Positions 46,301 through 57,300 of a DNA stretch of 64,000 bases are shown here, piece by piece; positions within the stretch are counted from its first letter, which is position 1; every line of letters begins with the position of its first letter. Below the pieces are notes generated by a model. The model worked only from the letters and a program-made list of their open reading frames with translations. It was not told the DNA's origin and ran no database searches. Source of the stretch: Macrostomum lignano (Eukaryota); assembly GCA_002269645.1 (NCBI GenBank), contig NIVC01001022.1:1-64000 (forward strand), in the 5' to 3' direction. The translations under genes were made by a program, and so were the position numbers.

Positions 46301-46910
46301 CAGTAAGACCGCTCAGGCCATGTACTAAGAACGCTACCAGACTAATATACTAAGAACGCTACCAGATTAATACATAAGACGCTACCAGTATATTTAAATG
46401 AAATTCTAAGAAACAGTTAGAGATACCAAAGGCAGAATTTAGTATCAGCAGAGGAAATTGAAAACCTGTAACAACTTGGTGGCAGCTTATAGGATATTTA
46501 ATAAACACTAGCATCAATAGTTAGAAATTTAGAAAGACAGAGCCAGAAGGCCTATCACAGCTAGTGTCAGCAGTGGGATTGTTCATAAAGACAGAGGAAT
46601 AACACCTGTCACACTATAATAAAGATCATTATTTTTGTTTTGTACTTTTCAAATAAATATTGATTATAATCATATAGGACCTAGTAAATCCTACATGATA
46701 CTAAATATTTATTCTTTATATTGTTAGATAATATAAATCTTGGATCCATTTAAAGACTAATTAATTGGCTCATTTTTCTCCTAGCTAGTAGTTCATTTAC
46801 AAAAAAATTAAGACTAAGTATATAGCATATTTGATTAGGCCTATATTCTAGGCCTATATAAATGATCTAAATATAATAGTCTTTACAATAACTCTTTTGC
46901 CTTTCATGAG

Positions 46911-48658
46911 CTAAACATCCTAATATCAAAGTACCAAAGATGATGAGCAAGGTGTTAAGCATATTGTCACTGCCAATATTCTTTACTCTTATCTATCTGA
47001 TTTCTAATGGTAGCAGGTGAGTTATTGTACAATATATAATATATTGTATAATTTCTAAGGCTCCCAGTATATATATATTTTTATTAGACATTTTCTCTTG
47101 AACTTACCCTAATAGGCAGATTTGCAAACAATAGCTCAGCCGTAGCTATTATACAATATATCTGAAGGCTGTGTACAGCTGTTCAGTCCAAGGACTAGGA
47201 GGGGTCACCACACCCAACCCCATTACCCCAACTTATGATGGTACCCATTTTACAGCTGGGTATAGGGGCATTGCCATGGGTTTTATGATAGAAGGACAAA
47301 GGCAAGAATTCAACATGTATACTATTTTTAGAATCAGTGTTGTCAGCACTCATTTTTGCGCTGCAGGCACTCATTTGGTACCACAGGCATTCATTTTAGC
47401 ACTGCAGGCTCTTTTTGGCGCCGCAGGCACTCATTTTAGCACTGCAGGCTCTTTTTGGCGCCGCAGGGCACTCATTTTGGTACCACAGGCATTCATTTTA
47501 GCACTGCAGGCTCTTTTTGGCGCCGCAGGCACTCATTTTAGCACTGCAGGCTCTTTTTGGCGCCGCAGGGCACTCATTTTGGTACCACAGGCATTCATTT
47601 TAGCACTGCAGGCTCTTTTTGGCGCCGCAGGCACTCATTTTAGCACTGCAGGCTCTTTTTGGCGCCGCAGGGCACTCATTTTGGTACCACAGGCATTCAT
47701 TTTAGCACTGCAGGCTCTTTTTGGCGCCGCAGGCACTCATTTTAGCACTGCAGGCTCTTTTTGGCGCCGCAGGGCACTCATTTTGGTACCACAGGCATTC
47801 ATTTTAGCACTGCAGGCTCTTTTTGGCGCCGCAGGCACTCATTTTAGCACTGCAGGCTCTTTTTGGCGCCGCAGGCACTCATTTTAGCACTGCAGGCTCT
47901 TTTTGGCGCCGCAGGCACTCATTTTAGCACTGCAGGCTCTTTTTGGCGCCGCAGGCACTCATTTTAGCACTGCAGGCTCTTTTTGGCGCCGCAGGCACTC
48001 ATTTTAGCACTGCAGGTTCTTTTTGGCGCCGCAGGCACTCATTTTGGTGCCACAGGCTTTCATTTTGGTGCCACAGGCACTATATTTTGTTTCCCTGAAG
48101 CAAATTTATTGATTTCCATAACGGGTCACTAGGTTGGGTAGTGGGACAAAGCATTGGCATGTCCCCCATAGCTTTTACTTGAGGGGAGGGATATGTTCCC
48201 CTGGTGGCAACGCCCCTGGCTGAGTGACCTGAAGAAATACAGAGTTAAATGAGTTGCTCAAGGACACAAATTGCTTCAAGTGACTAGAGAATCGAACCCC
48301 CAACCTTTCAGACTGCGAACCCCTATTAGTCTATTAATCATGCATGTCTGTTGTGGCCCGAAGGAATAGTGAAAAACCTTAGTGTCTACAAGTATAAAAT
48401 GTAAACCCTGTCACATGTCAAAGTTTCACTAAAATTTTACTGTTTCCTACTTACAGGTACTTTCTGACGTCGGACATATCGCAGGTGTCCCAGCTAGTTA
48501 AAGTAATCTTAATTGGTTTTGTTGCCATGCCAATCGCCGCCTTTCTAATTGGCTATTTTCCTGAAAATCTGCGACCAAGTTTCTACCTGGATATCTGGCG
48601 CTACGAGAAGCGCAATGCTGGTAAATGGGACGCTAAAGAGAAGACTAAGGCCAGCTGA
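46911..48658 (+). CDS. Last two exons of an unidentified multi-pass membrane protein with C-terminal KxKxx ER-retrieval motif
   Basis: Exon 46911-47016 ends AG|gtgagt; exon 48457-48658 follows cctacttacag. Phase 2 join gives KHPNIKVPKMMSKVLSILSLPIFFTLIYLISNGSR|YFLTSDISQVSQLVKVILIGFVAMPIAAFLIGYFPENLRPSFYLDIWRYEKRNAGKWDAKEKTKAS*. Two hydrophobic helices. Absent from the ORF track; upstream exons not located. Confidence 0.65.
47170..48315 (-). mobile_element. Family B CORE-type SINE split in two (47170-47262 and 48219-48315) by a MITE insertion
   Basis: Reverse complement has gggttcgattctc...gtgtccttgagcaa at 48250-48305 and acccagctgtaaaatgggtacc...agtccttggactgaac at 47185-47262, matching the 4730-5035 copy. 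Confidence 0.7.
47263..48218. mobile_element. hAT-type MITE with expanded internal GCAGGCACTCATTTT/GGCGCC repeats
   Basis: TIRs taggggcattgcca and tggcaacgcccctg. 8-bp TSD gctgggta/gctgagtg duplicates the SINE target gctgggtg. Subterminal sequence is shared with 22794-23483. Confidence 0.75.
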
Positions 48659-49284
48659 TCTGACTGACCTGAAAGCGTTAATGTACCTTTGGCTGTCTCA
48701 GAAAAAATATGATATAAACCTTTAGTTATAATGTACTGTTAACTTCCTTGCTTGTATGTTTTTATATTGTTTTTAGACATTCTGCAGCTCGTTTTTTATT
48801 TATTACCCTATTGCTAGAATTGTTGGAATGATCCACAAGAGACAAATGAATTTTTAACTTAAAGGTCAAGGACTTACTCCTAATGACCGCAATTTAATTC
48901 TGTTAAAGTCTATTACGACCAGTCGATGCAGCACTTGACTTGAATGTATTGGTACCTCTAAGATATGTAGTAGGACTTAATGGCCTTCAAGATTCCACTT
49001 CTGACTAAATAGCCATGGGCAGCAAAGACGACAAATTTTTGATTTGGTAAAATGGTCGCATGTTTTTATTTGTACTCGCAAGAAAGTAACTAGAAAAGTT
49101 TAATCGTTTTATTTGTAATTTTTCTGATTTAAAAAATAGAAATTACCAGTTCTTTTCGACAGCTTTGTAATAATAGATTAATTGAAGTAAAATGTTTGTG
49201 TTTATTCATAACAGCCGATTTGATGCACCAATGCATAAAAACACTTTAAGAGACAGGGTCCTGGCGGTATTCAAGCGTTACTCT

Positions 49285-49505
49285 ACACAACCGGTGAGAG
49301 GCATTACTGCCCATTCCGCAGAATCCCCTGAGCAGGCACACACACAGGAGTGTACAGCGGCCCTGACTTTATTTATCGTTAGGCATGTACACTTCACTGC
49401 GCATTGGGGGTTGGCCCTAATTGCACGAGCAGAGTTTCCAATTTAGCGCCAAATTAACGTGACTGCACTTGGAATCGAGCCTGGACCGCTGGCACACCAG
49501 AACAC
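49285..49505 (-). mobile_element. Family A SINE copy, internally deleted
   Basis: Reverse complement matches the family A head, body and 3' end. Further fragments at 36688-36727 (+) and about 55-115 (-). Confidence 0.8.
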
Positions 49506-49720
49506 CGCAGAGTTAGTTTAGAAATGCATTGAGAGGCTCGAATTAATTTCCAGATCGAGTTTCATAAAGCAATTGTACTAAAAATTATTGTAAAAGATAA
49601 AACACCCACTCTTAGTAGGTTTGACTTGTGCATATCGCGTCTTACTTTTTTAAACTGACAGGAGGGTAGATGCACTTTTAACAAGTGACACTTCTAGTAT
49701 CTATGCAGAAAACAGCTATA

Positions 49721-50410
49721 CTGTCCGTCAAAAGTTCCGGAACCCTTGCTACGATGTCTTCTAGCGGACATAATTTCAGTCCGTTTCAATTGTAACTTGA
49801 TTCAAATGAAAACTGCGGATCTCAGCTCCATGATGTGGTCAAGAAAAAGTTTATTCGAAGGAGCGCGTGTGAACAGGCCAGTGTTATGTACATAAAGGTT
49901 AGAGAAAAAAGTGAGGAAAAGACAAACAAGCAATTGTCTATGGTTGCTGAGTCTATGGAGCAAACACACAGGGCTATTTACACACTTGCTGCCGGCACAC
50001 AAAAACAGATGGCGTCCTGAATTTAAACGGAAGAGTAATTCTCAATAGCGAGTCGCGCCGCCCTGTGCACGAATTACAGCTTCGCAGCTTACAGCTTACA
50101 GTTTTGGCCATAGACTAATGTTAGCCAGGCTGAACACTGCGCGCAAACCGATTCCTTCCCATGTGTGTTTGCTCCATAGACTCAGCAGCCATAGATAATT
50201 GCTTGTTTGTCTTTTCCTCACTTTTCTCTAACCTTATGTACATAACACTGGCCTGTTCACACGCGCTCCTTCGAATAAACTTTTTCTTGACCACATCATG
50301 GAGCTGAGATCCGCAGTTTTCATTTGAATCAAGTTACAATTGAGAAACGGACTGAAATTATGTCCGCTAGAAGACATCGTAGCAAGGGTTCCGGAACTTT
50401 TGACGGACAG
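49721..50410. mobile_element. Tc1/mariner-type MITE with about 250-bp near-perfect TIRs
   Basis: 49721-49970 is the reverse complement of 50162-50410 with only a few indels or mismatches. Ends ctgtccgtcaaaagttccgg and ccggaacttttgacggacag; TA on both flanks. Confidence 0.9.
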
Positions 50411-51339
50411 TATATAATAAAGCAGTTAAGAGTGCTACGCAGCAAATCTTTTCTAAAATCTGTTTATGTATGTTTATAAACTTGAATTGCCAAACAGCCC
50501 AACTCAAATATACTTGTACAATATAGAACTAAAACAAACTGGCAAAAAAGAACTCATAAAATTGAATCCACTCGTATATGGATATCCCCAAGGCATTAAA
50601 AGCATTTGGGAAAGATTAGCGTTTAGCTAAAGGAAAACATGCACTTTCATAGTGATTTTATATTTCGCCTTCATTTCAGAGATGTTTAATTAAAGCTTAA
50701 CTAAAGCTTAACAACACAAATTAATAACATACATAAGTAAAGTTAATGCAGAGCTAAAGAAAGCTTTAGATGTGGGAAGCATGTAATATCACTTGAAAAA
50801 AATACAGTTTTCAGTCTCAGATTCAGAACAAAACTGTTAATTTAGGGATCACGCAACTAAGTAAAGAGAAATTTATAAATTAAAAGTGACAAAATAGGAG
50901 TAGGCAGTGGTTGAAAAGAAAACAGATTCTGCGGGATAAAAATGCAAAACGGGTTAAATAATAATTCAATTTTATAACTCTCCCATGGCCCGTTAGACTG
51001 AGAAGAACTCAAAATTCGACAGGTAATTCTTATTCGACCTGAATACAATAAGCTGTGCACTACACGTATGTACTGTATCTTAGATAAGTGAAGGAAAACC
51101 GCATAGATTATAGAGAGGAAAATTCTTAAACCAGCGGTTACACGTACAATGGACAATAATTTAATTTTCAGTAAGGTAGCTCTAAGTAGTATGACAAGAT
51201 TATTCTAACTAAAACACTATAAAAAACAAACAAAATTGCCTTAATTTTTTGGATTTCACATAAGCTAACTACTATAAGTAACCAGATGAGGATTAAAATT
51301 AGTTAGTATCTCTTTTTGGTAGTAGCAAAGCAAGTTAGG

Positions 51340-54300
51340 CTAAAATTGTTGATTATTATTGATTAGTTCAGCTGGATAGGCAGACCACGGGTTCTGAAAA
51401 CAAAACGGCAACAATAAAATCGTATTTATTAGCCGAAGAGACCTGCTATAATTTTAAATAATAAAAACTTACTTAATGCATTGCCGCGACTTATAGAGAC
51501 AAGAATGGTTTAGTTACGAAGCTGAAATTAATTAAGAGAAGAATAGCAAATGACTTTCACGGGGCACTGTGAAGGGGGTCGCAGATTCTTGCCATTCTCA
51601 AAACTCACGCTACCTGCCTAACCGCTACCAAATCAGCTTAACTAGGATTTACTTAGGCTCGCAACCTTAAAAAATTCATCCAAGAAATTCAGGTAAAAAT
51701 TTCAAAAGGACCCCCCCCCCTGTCTGCTTTCAACGCTTCAGCTTGATTTGCGAACTTAAAAAGGGAGTTATTTTTAGTGCAGAAAAAATTCTTTTTACCT
51801 GCCCAATAACTCGTTCGTCCTCGTCTTCCTCCATGTCATCCTCGTCCCCATCTTCGCCCTGTTAAATTAAAAGAAAGTTCAAGTAGTATTTCCAACCTTA
51901 ATTAGGACTAAAGTAAGACGAATCGCCAAGACTAAAGTTTATGATTTATCTAAACATGGTTCCTTAGTAATTTCGATACGCGTTTTAAAACCTCTCCCTG
52001 TCTGAACGGGATCAGGTTGAATCATCTCCCGAGATATTCTCGTAGATATTCTTTTAGCAAAGAGCGAGATTCCTATTCCTAACTGAACGTGCAGCAAAAA
52101 CAGCTGTCTATAGTCTATGGTTTGACTGTACTGTGTGGTACAGTTTAGTGTTGATTTGTAATTAATAAAGAATGCGTGTTAAGGAGTAAATGCGTATGTT
52201 GCAATATGCATGTAGAAACTTTATCTATTTGTCCCTCATCAGGTTCATAGGCGGAGTTTTAAATCTATCCGATAAGAGGGAGTGTCACAACATACATTTA
52301 TCTTGGCCTCTTTTTATTGAGACAACCCGTTATATAATCCTTGATTCTAGACGGCACAGTCAACAGAGTTGACCATAGACTATAGACTAGACTGCCAATT
52401 TAACATTTCGCTATGCAAAACAACACACATGCGCAACACCCGGCCGACCCGGCCAGCTGGCGAGGGGCCCAGCCAAGGTAAGTCGCAAAAATGCCCACCC
52501 GAAAAAATAGACATAGTACTAATTAGATGACGAGGCATTTGGCCCTTATAAGACAGTCATTTACTCCTGCCGTTTACTCAAAATTGCGTTAATTTTTGCT
52601 TTGGGTTTCTTTCGCAGGCAAGTCGCAGTTTTGGTAAAAAAAAATTAAGTAGCACGGTCAGTGTAAATCAGAGGGGGTTGCGCATGTATGCAAAACAATA
52701 TGCGACGGTTATGTCTATATTACTTTTAAGCCGCTATAATTTACTGCTGCAAGAAGTCTAAAAAAAGCATGTCAATAGAAAGCTATAATATTCAAGACAT
52801 GATGTACGCTCGCATTATTTGATAAATTATTTTTCCTTATTCTACTGTCGAAGATTGAGATTCAGGCTGACGCTTGACTGGAGTTTGAAGAGTCAGGAAT
52901 CAATAAGCCTATGATAAATATCAGAATAGATAGAAATCACGCAGTGTCAGATGCAGGATCAATCAAGCATTCAGTGCTTATCAATTTTTCATTGGGTTTC
53001 ATACATAGTCAAAGGAGCCAGCTTCATCCGTTGCAACTTATCAAGCAGCTTAATTCCCCACGGCCTGGCTTACTGAATTTCTCTCCTTTCCATCAAACGA
53101 CTCCGGAAAGCTCTCTATCTGTAGCTTAAATTCCATTTCCCAGCGAAACAGCACGTAAAAATAGAAGGAATCGATCGATGAAACATTTAAGAGACTATGA
53201 ACGTCATTCAAACTTCTATTTAATGCAGCAATTCTGCCAATATTTCATACCTTTAAAAAAGGATTCTATTTTAACTGGGGCAATTTAAGTACTGCAAACT
53301 AAAGCTGGCACTCACCTCGTCATCCTCGCTTTCGTACTGCAATGAAAAATATAAAGTTCTTATTAGTGCTTCATAATTAAAATACTTTTATACATAATTA
53401 CTTAAGACCCAAAATTCTCTAGTACATAGTACATTAGTACTTTAGTGCAGACTCGCAGAAAGTAAGACGTACTTCACTCCATTTCTAATATCAGTTCCAT
53501 AGCTGGATAAAACGCTTATATTCAACGTGTTTATTTGAGGTAGTCAAAAAATAATAAACAGTAATCGATGCAATTGAACTGGGTAAATGCAAGAGCATCA
53601 ACACAGACAAAACCACAGAGAAAAAAAAAACAGCAAATTAAAAACTGAAGTGCATCGTCTAATGACAAAATTAAAACACGGGTGCCTAAACAACTCAATT
53701 ATTTGTTGATCAAAATTATACACAAAACTGACAACCGAAAACTAATCAGCTAACGAACTATAATAAAAAACGGCCTTTAAATTACACTACTAAATTTATT
53801 AATCACGATAAAACTGAAGAGCTGATCAAGTAACAAGGAGCAAAGTGAACGATTACTTATTAGAGGTAGCGAATGGAATATCTACATTTAATAATGATGA
53901 TTTGCTAGATGAAATACATATAAACATAAAATTCAATTAACTATTCATACTATTAAACTAGTTAGTTTAGCTCATGATCATGCTACAGTCTCTTTGTAGT
54001 AGAACACAGTTCGACCACCGCTGCGACCGCGATCGCCGGCACTGCCGCTTCCACCTTCGCCACCATTGCGTCGCTCGGGCAGCCGGCCCAAGCTGGCATG
54101 CCTATCAAACTCAGCCGCTCCTTCGCCACCAACTGGATAGTCAAAATCGTCGTCGACATCATCATTATCCTCGTCGTTATACCCGACAGCGTCTGCTACC
54201 GTCGAATCAACTACCTGACCGCGTCGTCTACGGTGGTGACGCCTTCGACGCGACGAACCGTAGCAGTTAAGCGAGAAGCGCAACTCGCTAGACATCTCCG

Positions 54301-57300
54301 ACCACAGCGAGCGACCTTCGTCAGCGGCGGCTTCTGCATTTTTTCGCGTATTCCAAACAAACTCAACAACGGCTACAAAGACTGCTAGCAGCAGGCCGCA
54401 GACAAGCACTACAAAAATACCGCCAACGTTGTGCATGCCCAGCTCAGAGGCCGTTGTCTCCTGCGGATCTTTGCCTCGGCAAGTGCCAGTCTCTTTCCAC
54501 CATTTATTTTTAAGCGCCTGCAACTGCTGGTCGCGCTGTAGTTCGAGAATTTTTAGGGTCAGTTCGTCGCGAAGCTCCTCACGATTCGGCCTGATCCCGA
54601 GGCCGTAGCCTTTGCTATCGATTAGGCCGCCAATCTGCACTAAGTTGCACTGACGTTCAATGTGATATTCGATCATTGCCGATTCCATTAGGAAAGCATA
54701 TCCACCCCTTTTCACTCTTTCAATGGCTTCCATTGTGGTGGCCGTTTTCAAATGTTTCCGTGATCTCATATACTTGGCCATCCTAGCGTAGGTTTCTATA
54801 TGAGAAGTTTCGAAGAATGTCTCAGTCGATCCGCCAGCTAGAACACCATATTCTATAGCGGTCTGTTTCGATAGATCGTCTGCGCTCTCTATTGGCGATA
54901 CCATGCGTTCAACAGTAAGAAAAGCGGCCAGGTTAGCTGTATACGAGCTTATTATAATTAGCGTGAAAAACCACCAAATGCCAGCAACGATACGCGTGCT
55001 GACAGCTCGGGGATTTATATTCGAACCTTGTTGCATAAGCGTGCCAACTGTGAACCAGAAAGAGTTGGATAATGAGAAACTGTTCACTAAATAGCCGATA
55101 TCTTCGTCGCAAGGATGCGGCGAAACCCACTCGTAGGGCGAAAATCTTGCTAGAGCGTAGATCATTAGCGTCACCAACAAGTAAGCCGCAACAACGTACA
55201 ACCAGATTTCCACAGCTAACGGATTAAGAAAACTAAACAGACCGGGCTTTTCACCTTTCGGCTTCTTGAAAAGAATGCTAATGCCTAAATTCATAAACGG
55301 TTTAGTGAAATCGATCGCCTTCTCTCGTTCGTAAGTGATAGTAAAGGAGCCTAGGGCAATGTCAGCCCTGCCGTCAATAAGTTCGCGAACCATGCCGTTC
55401 CACTCGCAGTTACAACCGCTACTCTCGGTGGCTACTGACCCCGATGCCTGATCCATAGAAGCAGAAGACGATTCCAACTGCTTTGTTTGCTTATTTTTAT
55501 CGCAAGGCAGTTCAACACAGATTCCGTATTTGTCGTCAGGAGATCGATAGATAACCCAGTCCATGCCGGTTCGATTGGCTATTAGCTCCATCATGTCGAT
55601 GCAAAAGCCTTCCAGGTGTTGGCGGTGAAATTCTACATCTGGTCGAATGTGACCATTAATTAAATAGCGATTATGATATTCGCGCTTGACCCAGATAAAC
55701 GGCTGAGCAGCCAATGCTACAACGCGAAGCACTTTGTTCTTCAATGGATAGACAACTGCCAAATCGTAGGGCTCGCTAAAGACTTGCAATCCATGTCTGG
55801 GAGTCCAGTTGGCGAAACGTACCGGACCATTTGCTTTCAGATGATAAAGATCAAAGCTAACTGCCTGTCTAGACTTCTTGCTGTCGAATCTTAACCGGCC
55901 AGTAAGACCATTGCGCAAGTCCACCGAGTGCAGATAATTCATCAGACTACCACCAAACGGCGACCGCAACGCGTTGTTGTGCTCTCCAGCAGTGCCGTTG
56001 AATGACATCAAAGCATCGCAGCTCGGACCAAGCGGTGGCTTTATATGCCTACTGAGACTGAGACTGTCAAGAGCGCTGGCCAGCACCTGAACAGCATCGT
56101 AGATTAACGCCGCGCCAAGTGTCATTTGCCCGCCGCGTGTTAGCAAGACTCCATCCGGATTAACTAATCGTTGCTTGTTAGACCAATCGCGCATATCAGC
56201 CAACACGGAATTGTAGTGCGTCCAATTGCCAGGTACAACACGAAATGCAGTTAGATTAACGTGATTATGCCTGTAATCTTCAAGGTCAAGCGTCATAGCG
56301 TCCAAGTTAGCCAATATGTAATGATAGCGTCGGTTCATTAATCCGCGATTAGTAGCGGCGCGTAAAAAATGAGCAGTGGCTTCTAAACTGAGGTCTAGAA
56401 CCATGGTGCACCAGCCGGATGAGTCGATCTCAGAGAGTAGACTGTATACTTGACTAGCCACGTAGCGTTTAATCCGAAAATATAGCGCCCTGGTCTCGTG
56501 ACGATTGCGCAAAATGCTCTCTAGACGGAATAGACTTTCGTCATTCTCATAAACTATAAGAACATCCTGCCATTTAAAATAGTCGATAGCGGCTATAACA
56601 CTCAGACTGATATGATCAAGCGACGGATAGAGATTGAGCACAAAACCGTGGGCGGCATTTGAAGCGGATTCTTGAGCAGAAATCATCGGACGCAAATCCA
56701 ACTGCGGCGTTTGGGTAGCCGTCGCCATAGAAGCGAAATACTCGCTAGTTGCGCAGGCATGATGCGGACCGATCAGTGCCAGGGCGCCGCCTTCAAGCAT
56801 CCGGCAAACGGCTTGATTAGCTTGAAAACTGTCCTCGTCTTCGGCTAGCATAGTTACTATTGGCAACAGGTCGTGACGACAAAATATTGTCGAATCATTA
56901 TTCGAGTATCGTCGGCTCATACTAGCCAAAGCGTAATGGAGCGCGTTACGTTTGCGTAATTCTTCAATGCCAGAGCCGAATATGGCTCCGAATCTTAGCT
57001 TAGTCTTGTGCACGGGACAGGAGGCCGCTGCTGCAGCAGTTGCAGTCAAGTGCGCAGCCACAACCAACGCCAGCAGAGTGGGCGATAGCCAATTCATTTT
57101 ACGTTATTTATTAAGCTGAGCTTTTTTGATCAACAAGTTAGTTATCCTTAGCTACAGATTGACAGTTGGTTGACTTTGAAACAGGGCTTCGTTCTTGCTG
57201 TATGGTCTGATATTTTTATTTTAAAAAAAGCACACAAACAGAAAGCCGCAGATATATTAATAACAATAATAATAATAATAATGAATTCGGCTTAGCCGAG

